In this document: positions 27,584 to 35,991 of the stretch, one piece after another
Layout of the letters: the number at the start of each line of letters is the position of its first letter
How positions within the stretch are numbered: position 1 is the stretch's first letter
Source of the DNA: Candidatus Rokubacteria bacterium 13_2_20CM_69_15_1
GTDB lineage: Bacteria > Methylomirabilota > Methylomirabilia > Rokubacteriales > CSP1-6
Direction of reading: 5' to 3'
DNA: 55,189 nt
Assembly: GCA_001914535.1 (NCBI GenBank)
Contig: MNCR01000094.1
Coordinates: forward strand, 8,447-63,635
Notes under the pieces: generated by a model
What the model was told of the DNA's origin: nothing
What the model saw: only the letters and a program-made list of their open reading frames with translations
Database searches by the model: none
Made by a program: the position numbers and the translations under genes

Positions 27584-28506
27584 TGCGCCACTTCCTCTCG
27601 TCGGCGGACCTGACGCGCGACACCGCGCTCTCGATGTTCCAGCTCGCCGCCGACCTCAAGCAGCGCTGGAAGGCGGGGCGGCGCGGCGCGCCGCTCGCCG
27701 GGCGCACCATGGTGCTGATCTTCGAGAAGCCTTCGCTCCGGACGCGCGTCACCTTCGAGGTGGGCATCGTGCAGCTGGGCGGGCGCGCCGTCCACCTCTC
27801 GGGTGGAGAGATCGGCATGGGCACGCGCGAGTCGGCTCCGGACGTGGCGCGGAACCTCTCGCGCTGGGTGGACGGTATCGCCGCACGCGTCTACGCGCAC
27901 GCAACCGTCGATGCGCTGGCGCGCCACGCCACCGTGCCCGTGATCAACGGGCTCTCCGACTTCGAGCACCCGTGTCAGGCGCTCGCCGATTTCTTCACGC
28001 TCTGGGAGCGCGGCCTCGACTTCGGCGCGATGCGGCTCGCGTGGATCGGCGACGGCAACAACGTCTGCCATTCCGTGATCCAGCTGGGTGCGCTGCTCGG
28101 CGCCTCGATCGTCGTCGCGTGCCCGCCTGGCTTCGAGCCCGACCCCCGCGTCGTGGACACGGCACGCCGGCGCGGTGGCCGGATCGAGATCACCGAGGAC
28201 GCTCGCCGTGCGGCGACGGGCGCCGACGTGATCTACACCGACGTGTGGACGAGCATGGGGCAGGAGGCGGAGCGGGCGCGGCGGCAGGAAGCGTTCGGCC
28301 GCTATCAGGTCAACGAAACGATCGTCGGATTCGCCAAGCCCGCGGTGCTCGTGATGCACTGCCTGCCGGCCCACCGGGGCGAGGAGATCACCGACGCGAT
28401 CCTCGACGGCCCGCACTCGATCGCGCTCGACCAGGCGGAGAATCGGCTTCACGCGCAGAAGGCGGTCATCCTGACGCTGCTGGGAGGCTCGATCGACGAT
28501 GTCTAG
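27583..28506 (+). CDS. argF: ornithine carbamoyltransferase
   Basis: 307 aa with [17 protein letters not shown] and [10 protein letters not shown]. Confidence 0.9.
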   Translation: MRHFLSSADLTRDTALSMFQLAADLKQRWKAGRRGAPLAGRTMVLIFEKPSLRTRVTFEVGIVQLGGRAVHLSGGEIGMGTRESAPDVARNLSRWVDGIAARVYAHATVDALARHATVPVINGLSDFEHPCQALADFFTLWERGLDFGAMRLAWIGDGNNVCHSVIQLGALLGASIVVACPPGFEPDPRVVDTARRRGGRIEITEDARRAATGADVIYTDVWTSMGQEAERARRQEAFGRYQVNETIVGFAKPAVLVMHCLPAHRGEEITDAILDGPHSIALDQAENRLHAQKAVILTLLGGSIDDV

Positions 28507-29707
28507 CCCCAAGCGCGTCGTGCTCGCGTACTCGGGCGGGCTCGACACCTCGGTCATCCTGCGCTGGCTGATCGAGCGCTACCACTGCGAGGTCGTCGCC
28601 TTTTGCGCCGACCTCGGGCAGGGCGAGGAGCTCGTCCCGATCCGCGAGAAGGCGCTCCGGACCGGCGCCTCGGCGGTGCACATCGTGGATCTCCGCGAGC
28701 GGTTCGTCCGCGACTTCATCTTCCCGATGCTACGGGCCAACGCCGTGTACGAGGGCGCCTACCTGCTCGGGACCTCGATCGCGCGCCCGCTCATCGCGCA
28801 CGCGCAGGTGGAGATCGCGGCGAAGGAGGGCGCGGACGCGGTGGCCCACGGCGCGACGGGGAAGGGGAACGACCAGGTCCGCTTCGAGCTGACGTATGCC
28901 GCCCTCGCGCCGCACCTCCGCGTGATCGCGCCCTGGCGCGAGTGGGAGCTCGGCTCCCGCAGCGCGCTGATGGAGTTCGCGAGGCGTCACGACATCGCGG
29001 TGCCCGTGACGGCCGAGCGCCCGTACAGCACCGATCGCAACCTCTTCCACATCTCGTACGAGGGCGGCGTCCTCGAAGACCCATGGGCCGAGCCGCCGGC
29101 GAAGATGTTCCAGCTCACGCAGGATCTCGAGGCGGCGCCCGACGCGGCCGTGCCCGTCGAGATCGACTTCGAGCGGGGCGACCCGGTGGCGGTGGACGGC
29201 GAGCCGCTCGCCCCTGTCGAGCTGCTGACCCGACTCAATCGCCTGGGGGGTGAGCACGGGATCGGCCGAGTCGACCTCGTCGAGAACCGGTTCGTCGGGA
29301 TGAAGTCGCGGGGCGTGTACGAGACGCCCGGCGGCACGATCCTCCACGCCGCGCGCCGGGCCGTCGAGTCGCTCACGCTCGACCGCGAGGTGCTCCATCT
29401 GCGCGACTCGCTCGTGCAGCGCTACGCCGAGATGATCTACTACGGCTTCTGGTTCTCGCCCGAGCGCCAGGCGCTCCAGGCCCTGATGGATGAGTGCGCG
29501 CGCGACGTCATCGGGACGGTGCGGCTGAAACTGTACAAGGGCAACGTCACCGTCGTCGGCCGCCGCTCGCCGCGGTCGCTCTACCGGACCGAGTTCGCCA
29601 CGTTCGAGGCCGATACCGTCTTCCGTCAGCGGGACGCCGAGGGGTTCATTAACCTGAACGCGCTCCGGTTGAAGATCCGCGCCCTCCGGGACCGCGCCGG
29701 CTCCTAG
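28499..29707 (+). CDS. argG: argininosuccinate synthase
   Basis: 402 aa with [22 protein letters not shown] and [16 protein letters not shown]. Confidence 0.95.
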   Translation: MSSPKRVVLAYSGGLDTSVILRWLIERYHCEVVAFCADLGQGEELVPIREKALRTGASAVHIVDLRERFVRDFIFPMLRANAVYEGAYLLGTSIARPLIAHAQVEIAAKEGADAVAHGATGKGNDQVRFELTYAALAPHLRVIAPWREWELGSRSALMEFARRHDIAVPVTAERPYSTDRNLFHISYEGGVLEDPWAEPPAKMFQLTQDLEAAPDAAVPVEIDFERGDPVAVDGEPLAPVELLTRLNRLGGEHGIGRVDLVENRFVGMKSRGVYETPGGTILHAARRAVESLTLDREVLHLRDSLVQRYAEMIYYGFWFSPERQALQALMDECARDVIGTVRLKLYKGNVTVVGRRSPRSLYRTEFATFEADTVFRQRDAEGFINLNALRLKIRALRDRAGS

Positions 29708-29709
29708 GG

Positions 29710-30441
29710 GTGCGCATCGACGTCGTGCTGGCCGCCGACGCGGTGGCCCCCGGACAGCTCGACGGCGCCACCGCGCTCGTCGTCGACGTGCTGCGCGCCT
29801 CCACGACGATGATCACCGCGTTCGCTCACGGTTGCGCCTCGATCACGCCGGTCGCCGACCCCGCCGAGGCCCGGCGCCTGGCCGCGGCGCAGGGGGCCGA
29901 CGTCGCGCTCGCGGCGGGTGAGCGTCGTGGCGAGCCGGTCCCCGGGCTCGACCTCGGCAATTCGCCGGTCGAGTTCGCGATCGAGCGGGTCCGCGGCCGG
30001 GCCGTCTACTTCACGACCAGCAACGGTACGCGGGCGCTGCTCGCCGCGCGCGAGGCCCGCGCGGTCGGCGTGGCGGCCTTCGTGAACGTGAGCGCCGCGG
30101 CGCGCTGGGCGGCCGGGCACGGGCTGGACGTCGTCGTCGTGTGCGCGGGCGAGCGGGGCGGACGCTCGCTCGAGGATCACGCGTGCGCCGGGCTCCTCGT
30201 CGAGCGCGTCCGCGCGGCCGCGCCGACCGTGGCTCCGACCCCGGCGGCGCTCGCGGCGCTCGCCGTGGGCCGGCGCTACGCCGGGGACGTCACGCGCCTC
30301 CGTTCCGATTCGCCCTGGGCGCGACGGCTCGTCGCCGCGGGGCGCGGCGCCGACGTCACGGCGTGCCTTCGCCTGGACACGACCTCGCTCGTCCCGGTCT
30401 ACCTTCCGAGCGTTGACAAGGTCGTTCCGGGGTGCGGATAA
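29710..30441 (+). CDS. 2-phosphosulfolactate phosphatase (ComB) family protein
   Basis: 243 aa with a GTG start. ComB-family hallmarks: VVDVLRASTTMITA and GERRGEPVPGLDLGNSP. Confidence 0.7.
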   Translation: MRIDVVLAADAVAPGQLDGATALVVDVLRASTTMITAFAHGCASITPVADPAEARRLAAAQGADVALAAGERRGEPVPGLDLGNSPVEFAIERVRGRAVYFTTSNGTRALLAAREARAVGVAAFVNVSAAARWAAGHGLDVVVVCAGERGGRSLEDHACAGLLVERVRAAAPTVAPTPAALAALAVGRRYAGDVTRLRSDSPWARRLVAAGRGADVTACLRLDTTSLVPVYLPSVDKVVPGCG

Positions 30442-30474
30442 TACGGGCATTCGACTCTTGAACGGAGTCGCCGC

Positions 30475-31044
30475 GTGAACCTACCCATCGGCCTCACACT
30501 CACGCGCATCGTCGCGGTGCCGCTGCTCATCGTGTTCCTGATCTCGTCGTCGCGCGTCCACGCGCTGATCGCCGCGGCGATCTTCACCCTGGCGGCGATG
30601 ACCGACTGGGCCGACGGGGCGGTGGCGCGTCGGCGCAATCAGGTCACGACGCTCGGCACGCTCCTCGACCCGATCGCCGACAAGCTGCTCGTCGCGGCGG
30701 CGCTCGTCTCGCTGCTGGCGATCGACAAGATCGACGCGTGGATCGTCGTCGTGATCGTGGGCCGCGAGCTCGCGGTGACGGGACTCCGCGCGGTCGCGGC
30801 CTCTGTCGGGGTCATCGTGCCGGCCTCGCGCCTCGCGAAGTGGAAGACGGTGAGCCAGTACGTGGCCATCACGATGCTGATCGTCGAGAAAGGGTTCGAT
30901 CCACCCGGCTTCCACATCGCCGCGGGCACCGTCCTGTGGGTGGCCCTCGTCCTGACCATCGGCTCCGCCGTGGACTATTTCTACCGGTTCTTTCGAAAGG
31001 CCGACTACCGCGCGATCGTGCCGGGCGAAGACCGCTGGTCGTGA
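30475..31044 (+). CDS. pgsA: CDP-diacylglycerol--glycerol-3-phosphate 3-phosphatidyltransferase
   Basis: 189 aa. It has the CDP-alcohol phosphatidyltransferase motif DWADGAVARR...G..LDPIADKL. Confidence 0.85.
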   Translation: MNLPIGLTLTRIVAVPLLIVFLISSSRVHALIAAAIFTLAAMTDWADGAVARRRNQVTTLGTLLDPIADKLLVAAALVSLLAIDKIDAWIVVVIVGRELAVTGLRAVAASVGVIVPASRLAKWKTVSQYVAITMLIVEKGFDPPGFHIAAGTVLWVALVLTIGSAVDYFYRFFRKADYRAIVPGEDRWS

Positions 31045-31643
31045 GCGGCGTCCTCGCGATCGTCACCGCCTACGTGGTCGGAGCGGTGCCGGTCGGCTTC
31101 CTCGTGGCGCGGGCGTTCGGCGTGGGTGACATCCGTCGCCACGGCAGCGGTACCATCGGCGCGACCAACGTCCTGCGCACGGCGGGCCGGGTCGCGGCGC
31201 TCGGCACGCTCGCCGGCGACATCGCCAAGGGCTACGGCGCGGTGTGGACGGGCGCGTGGCTCGCGGGGGGCGAGCCGGCGCCGACGGCGTTCTGCGTGGT
31301 CGCCGCGGTCGTCGGCAACTGCTGGTCGGTCTTTCTCGGCTTCCGCGGCGGCAAGGGCGTCGCGACCGGCCTCGGCGCGCTCCTCCGGCTCGCCCCCTGG
31401 GCGGTGCTTCCCGCGATCCCGGTGTGGCTCGCGGTTGCCCTCACGACGCGGTACGTGTCGCTCGGGTCCATCCTCGGTGCCACGTGCGTCCCCCTCGGCG
31501 CGCTGCTGCTCGGGTACCCGCGTCCGTTCGTCGTCGCGGCGCTCATGGTCGCGGGCCTCATCATCGTGCGCCACCACGCGAACATCGCACGCCTCGTCGC
31601 GGGGACCGAGCGCCGGCTCGGCGAGAAACGGACCCTCGCGTGA
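31041..31643 (+). CDS. plsY: glycerol-3-phosphate acyltransferase PlsY
   Basis: The GTG at 31041 overlaps the pgsA TGA. Motifs: GSGTIGATNVLR and FRGGKGVATG. Confidence 0.9.
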   Translation: MSGVLAIVTAYVVGAVPVGFLVARAFGVGDIRRHGSGTIGATNVLRTAGRVAALGTLAGDIAKGYGAVWTGAWLAGGEPAPTAFCVVAAVVGNCWSVFLGFRGGKGVATGLGALLRLAPWAVLPAIPVWLAVALTTRYVSLGSILGATCVPLGALLLGYPRPFVVAALMVAGLIIVRHHANIARLVAGTERRLGEKRTLA

Positions 31644-31663
31644 GTCACGCAGACCCCGCGTCC

Positions 31664-32653
31664 ATGGTCTCGATCATTGGGGGGGGGAGCTGGGGTACGG
31701 CGCTCGCGATCCACGTCGCGAAGAACGCGGGCGCGGTGCGTCTCTGGGCGCGCGAGCCCGAGGTCGTGGCGGGGATCCGGACGCGGCATCGGAGCCCCTG
31801 GTATCTGCCCGACGTCGAGATCCCCCCACGCGTCGACGCGACGACGGACATCGCCGAGGCGGTGCAGGGGGCGTCGCTCGTCGTCGTCGCCGTGCCGAGC
31901 GAATTCTTTGCCGCGACGCTCAAGAGCGCGGGCCCGATCCCTGACGCGGTGCCGATCGTCACGGCCACCAAAGGCTTCGACCCCGTGCGTCACCTACGCA
32001 TGAGCGAGGTCGTCGGCGAGCAGTTCCCACGCGCCCGCGTGGCGGCGCTGTCGGGGCCGACCTTTGCGCGCGAGGTCGCGCTCGGCCGGCCCACGGCGGC
32101 GGTGATCGCCTCGCGCGACGACGCGCTTGCCGCCACGCTCCAGACGCGGCTCGGCTCGCGAGAGTTTCGGCTCTACGCGAACCGCGACGTCGTGGGTGTC
32201 GAGACGGGCGGGGCGCTGAAGAACGTGATGGCGATCGCGACGGGCCTCGTCGACGGGCTCGGCCTCGGTGAGAACGCGCGCGCCGCGCTGATCACACGGG
32301 GGCTCGCCGAGATGACGCGACTCGCCGTCGCGCTCGGCGCGGCGCCCGCGACCCTCGCGGGACTCGCGGGGCTGGGCGACCTCGTGCTCACGTGCACCGG
32401 GAGTCTCTCGCGCAACCGCCAGCTCGGTATGGCGCTCACGCGCGGTGAGACGGTCGCCGCGGTCGAGCGCGAGACCCGGATGGTCGCCGAGGGCGTGCGG
32501 ACGGCCACCTCGGCGCTCGCGCTCGCGCGCCGCCACGGCGTGAGCATGCCGATCTGCGAGGCGGTCGGCGCGGTGCTCTTCGAGGGCAAGGCGCCGACGG
32601 ACGCCCTGGCTTCGCTCCTCGAGCGGCCGCCGCGACGCGAAGAGGAGCGGTAG
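31664..32653 (+). CDS. gpsA: NAD(P)H-dependent glycerol-3-phosphate dehydrogenase
   Basis: The ATG at 31664 gives MVSIIGGGSWGTALA; an alternative GTG at 31640 overlaps the plsY stop. Motifs: GALKNVMAIATG and LSRNRQLG. Confidence 0.9.
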   Translation: MVSIIGGGSWGTALAIHVAKNAGAVRLWAREPEVVAGIRTRHRSPWYLPDVEIPPRVDATTDIAEAVQGASLVVVAVPSEFFAATLKSAGPIPDAVPIVTATKGFDPVRHLRMSEVVGEQFPRARVAALSGPTFAREVALGRPTAAVIASRDDALAATLQTRLGSREFRLYANRDVVGVETGGALKNVMAIATGLVDGLGLGENARAALITRGLAEMTRLAVALGAAPATLAGLAGLGDLVLTCTGSLSRNRQLGMALTRGETVAAVERETRMVAEGVRTATSALALARRHGVSMPICEAVGAVLFEGKAPTDALASLLERPPRREEER

Positions 32654-32671
32654 TGCCAGCGGAGTCACCAC

Positions 32672-32786
32672 GTTTCGAGCGCGGGCTTTTGCCCGCGCAA
32701 TCCCATCTGGGGGTTCGCTCCCTCACCGGAGCGCTTCCCCCGGATTCGGAGGGGGCCGTAACGTCCGCCCCCTCCGACTGAGGTAA
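32672..32786 (+). repeat. structured two-hairpin intergenic element (family D, copy 3)
   Basis: It has GCGCGGGC-tttt-GCCCGCGC (32679-32698), an extra CGCTCC...GGAGCG stem, and CGGAGGGGGC-N10-GCCCCCTCCG (32747-32776). It ends 2 nt before the ATG at 32789. Confidence 0.8.
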
Positions 32787-32788
32787 CG

Positions 32789-33787
32789 ATGCCCGAGCTC
32801 CGGAAAGACCCGGTCGTCGGCCGGTGGGTGATCATCGCGACCGACCGGGCGCGCCGACCCTCTGATTTCGTCGCGGAGCCGGTGCGACCGGTGGGCACCG
32901 AGTGCGTCTTCTGCGAGGGCAACGAGGACAAGACCCCGCCCGAGCTCCTCGCCGGCCGGAGCCCCGAGAGCCGTCCGAACGGGCCGGGGTGGTCGTACCG
33001 CGTCGTGGCGAACAAGTTCCCCGCCCTCCGGATCGAGGGGGAGCTCGAGCCGACGGGCGAAGGGCTCTTCGACCGGATGAACGGCGTCGGCGCCCACGAG
33101 GTCGTGATCGAGACGCCGACGCACGCGGCCTCGCTCGCCACGCTCCCGGTCGAAGCCGTCGCGGACGTGCTCCTCGCGTTCCGCGAACGCATGGTCGACC
33201 TCAAGAAGGACCCACGCTTCGAGTACGTCCTGGTGTTCAAGAACCACGGCGCGGCCGCGGGCGCCTCGCTCGAGCACCCCCACTCGCAGCTCATCGCGAC
33301 CCCGATCATCCCCATCATGGTCGCCGAGGAGATGGCGGGCGCGGCCCGCTACTACGCGATGAAGGAACGCTGCGTGTGGTGTGACATCCAACGCCAGGAG
33401 CGGCGCGGCGGGCGCCGGACGATCGTCGAAGCGAGCGGCTTCCTCGCGCTGGCGCCGTTCGCCCCACGCTTCCCGTTCGAGACGTGGATCCTGCCGACGG
33501 TCCACCGGGCCGCCTTCGAGGAATCCGGCGTGGACGAGCTGCGGAACCTCGCCGCGCTCTTGAGCGGCTTTCTGCGGCGAATGAACCGCGTGCTGGGCGA
33601 CCCGCCGTTCAACTTCATGCTCCACACCGCGCCCCTCCGCGGCAGCGAGCTCGAGTCCTTTCACTGGCACCTGGAGGTCATTCCGAAGCTCACGCGCGTG
33701 GCGGGGTTCGAGTGGGGCAGCGGGTTCTTCATCAATCCGCTGCCGCCCGAGGACGCGGCCGCGGCCCTGCGGGCGGAGTCGAGCTGA
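32789..33787 (+). CDS. galT: galactose-1-phosphate uridylyltransferase family (GalT-like HIT) protein
   Basis: 332 aa. It has a Zn-site CxxC (CVFCEGNE) and the active-site HPHSQ motif. The true substrate (UDP-hexose or ADP-glucose) cannot be told from sequence. Confidence 0.75.
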   Translation: MPELRKDPVVGRWVIIATDRARRPSDFVAEPVRPVGTECVFCEGNEDKTPPELLAGRSPESRPNGPGWSYRVVANKFPALRIEGELEPTGEGLFDRMNGVGAHEVVIETPTHAASLATLPVEAVADVLLAFRERMVDLKKDPRFEYVLVFKNHGAAAGASLEHPHSQLIATPIIPIMVAEEMAGAARYYAMKERCVWCDIQRQERRGGRRTIVEASGFLALAPFAPRFPFETWILPTVHRAAFEESGVDELRNLAALLSGFLRRMNRVLGDPPFNFMLHTAPLRGSELESFHWHLEVIPKLTRVAGFEWGSGFFINPLPPEDAAAALRAESS

Positions 33788-33814
33788 ATCCGTGATACCA
33801 TCTGGCGCTGTGGC

Positions 33815-33889
<75 letters not shown>

Positions 33890-33925
33890 CCACTTCTCCC
33901 CGTCCTTTCCGCGGTCTCGCGTCGG

Positions 33926-34001
33926 GGCGGCGTAGCCAAGTGGCCAAGGCGGAGGTCTGCAAAACCTCTATTCAGCGGTTCGAATCCGCTCGCCGCCTCC
34001 A
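33926..34001 (+). tRNA. tRNA-Cys (anticodon GCA), CCA encoded
   Basis: Acceptor GGCGGCG/CGCCGCC, anticodon loop CTGCAAA, T loop TTCGAAT. Length 76 nt. Confidence 0.9.
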
Positions 34002-34095
34002 CTTCCAACGCGACCGAGTCATCCCAAGCGCCTCGGGCTGATGGACTCGGCGCTCGTCTAGTGTGTTCCCCATTTCTCTGCCAACGAAGACCAGG

Positions 34096-34169
34096 GGCTG
34101 CGTAGCCAAGCGGCCGGGAGGCGTGCGCGGCAAGACCTCCATTCAGCAATTTGAATCCGCGCGCCGTCG
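34096..34169 (+). pseudogene. decayed duplicate of tRNA-Cys
   Basis: It aligns along the whole tRNA-Cys (GGCTGCGTAGCCAAGCGGCC...GCAAGACCTCCATTCAGCAATTTGAATCCGCGCGCCGTCGCC). The 5' anticodon-stem strand and the T stem no longer pair, and there is no CCA. Confidence 0.6.
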
Positions 34170-34268
34170 CCGTGTACCCTCTGTACGCAATGCTGCTGGC
34201 GACGTGTCCACGTTTTTGCGCATTGCGCCCAGACACGGCTAGCGCAGAGAATAATGGAGGATGCTCGT

Positions 34269-34358
34269 GGGGGCGTGACGGAACTTGGTGAGACGTGGAG
34301 GGCTTAAACCCCTCTGTCCGTAAAGGACATGCAGGTTCGAATCCTGCCGCCCCTACCA
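34269..34358 (+). tRNA. tRNA-Leu (anticodon TAA), type II with long variable arm, CCA encoded
   Basis: Acceptor GGGGGCG/CGCCCCT (G1-U72 wobble), anticodon stem GAGGG/CCCTC with loop CTTAAAC, variable arm TGTCCGTAAAGGACAT, and T arm GCAGG-TTCGAAT-CCTGC. Confidence 0.75.
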
Positions 34359-35114
34359 ATCTCCCTTCCTGGGTCTTCGGGGAACCCGTCGCTGGCGGCG
34401 TCCGAGGACCATCGCGCCTACAGCTATCTGCTCGGCGCGTATCTCGGTGACGGCTACCTCTGCCGGATGCCGCGCACATGGCGACTTGAGGTCTACCTGC
34501 ATCGCGACGACACGCCCACAATCGACCGGGTCAGAACAGCGATCAGCGCCCTCCTGCCTGGGCGGCGAGTGGGGCTGCGAGCTCACGGCGCCGCGTTGGT
34601 CGTGACCTCTTATTTCAAGGGTTGGCCCGCGCTGTTCCCGCAGCACGGGGCGGGCCTGAAGCACACGCGGCCGATCGTACTCCAGCCGTGGCAGCGAGAC
34701 ATGGTCGAACGCCACCCCGAGGACTTTATCCGGGGTTGCATTGATTCCGACGGCTGCCGCCATCGTCGGATAGTCAAAGGACGCAACTATCCCGCCTACT
34801 CGTTCAAGAACCACTCCGCGGATATCCTCGCCCGGTTCGCCGAAGCCTGCAGTCTGGCCGGGATTCGTTGGCGAAAGGCCAGTCGGGTGACCATCTCCAT
34901 TGCTCGACGCGCGGACGTCGGTCGGCTCGACGAGATCCTGGGGCGGACGCCGGAGCCTGGGCCGTTCTTGGTGGCGCGCGAGGTCGGGCGGCGTCTCTAC
35001 TCCTTCCGGTCGTACGTCGGGATCAGGCCACCGATCAGGAAGGTCGCAATGGCGAGCGCCACCATCGATCGAGGTCGAAGGTCTGGTATCGGGTGGGGTA
35101 TACCAGCGCCGTGA
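34329..35114 (+). CDS. free-standing LAGLIDADG-type (double-motif) homing-endonuclease-like protein; start unresolved
   Basis: Two dodecapeptide motifs are present: YLLGAYLGDGYL and DFIRGCIDSDGC. The only canonical start upstream of motif 1 is ATG 34329, inside the tRNA-Leu T arm. Confidence 0.55.
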   Translation: MQVRILPPLPISLPGSSGNPSLAASEDHRAYSYLLGAYLGDGYLCRMPRTWRLEVYLHRDDTPTIDRVRTAISALLPGRRVGLRAHGAALVVTSYFKGWPALFPQHGAGLKHTRPIVLQPWQRDMVERHPEDFIRGCIDSDGCRHRRIVKGRNYPAYSFKNHSADILARFAEACSLAGIRWRKASRVTISIARRADVGRLDEILGRTPEPGPFLVAREVGRRLYSFRSYVGIRPPIRKVAMASATIDRGRRSGIGWGIPAP

Positions 35115-35154
35115 TCTCGCCCTCATAGTGGGCGTTCCAGATCCGTCGCTGTCA

Positions 35155-35184
35155 TTGGACGAATGGCGTGGGCCGGGCTAATCT
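35155..35184 (+). promoter_or_regulatory. candidate promoter for lgt giving a very short or absent 5' leader
   Basis: TTGGAC, then 18 nt, then TAATCT. The -10 element ends 8 nt before the ATG at 35193. Confidence 0.3.
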
Positions 35185-35192
35185 AATCCCGA

Positions 35193-35984
35193 ATGTTCAG
35201 CTCTCCCGGCGCGATTGCGTTTGAGATCGGCCCCCTGGTGATCCGCTGGTACGGGATCCTGATGGCGACGTCGATCGTCGTCGGCCTCTGGCTCGCCTAC
35301 CGCCAGGCCAAGCGCGAAGGCCTGCCGGCCGACGACATCATCGCCTGCGGCCAGTGGGCGATCCTCGCTGGCCTCGTGGGCGCACGACTCTACGAGGTCG
35401 CCTTCAACTGGGATTACTACGGCCGGTATCCGTCGAAGATCATCGCGGTCTGGGAGGGCGGTCTCGCGATCCACGGCGGGCTGATCCTGGGCCCCCTCGT
35501 GGGGGCGTGGCTCGCGTACCGGTGGAAGCTGCCGGTCCTGCGCGGTCTCGACGTCGCGGCCCCGTCCATCGCGCTGGGCCAGGCGATCGGGCGCTGGGGG
35601 AACTTCTTCAACGAGGAGGCGTTCGGGCGGCCCACCGACTTGCCGTGGAAGCTTTACATCTCGCCCCTGCACCGGCCCCTCGGCCTCGGCCAGTACGAGT
35701 ACTTCCACCCGACGTTTCTTTACGAGTCGATCTGGAACCTGGTGGTGTTCGGGCTGCTCGTCGGCTGGCTCCGCCCACGGCTCGCCGGCCGCCCGGGCGC
35801 CCTCTTCTTCTGCTACGTCGGCCTCTACTCGGTCGGCCGCTTCGCGATCGAGGCGCTCCGGCTCGACAGCTTCTGGCTCGGCGCCTACCGCGTGCCCCAG
35901 CTCGCGAGCATGCTCGGCATGATCGTCGCGGTGGCGGGCGTGGCCTGGGCGAACCGTCGGGCGTCGTCGATCGCCACCAGCTAG
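35193..35984 (+). CDS. lgt: prolipoprotein diacylglyceryl transferase
   Basis: 263 aa with IRWYGILMA, GARLYEV, WEGGLAIHGG, GRWGNFFNEE and HPTFLYES. Confidence 0.9.
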   Translation: MFSSPGAIAFEIGPLVIRWYGILMATSIVVGLWLAYRQAKREGLPADDIIACGQWAILAGLVGARLYEVAFNWDYYGRYPSKIIAVWEGGLAIHGGLILGPLVGAWLAYRWKLPVLRGLDVAAPSIALGQAIGRWGNFFNEEAFGRPTDLPWKLYISPLHRPLGLGQYEYFHPTFLYESIWNLVVFGLLVGWLRPRLAGRPGALFFCYVGLYSVGRFAIEALRLDSFWLGAYRVPQLASMLGMIVAVAGVAWANRRASSIATS

Positions 35985-35991
35985 TCCGGTC

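Noticed and set aside
34353-35126. A 257 aa - strand ORF antisense to the LAGLIDADG ORF.
   Set aside because: It has no recognisable motifs, whereas the + strand frame carries two clear LAGLIDADG dodecapeptides.
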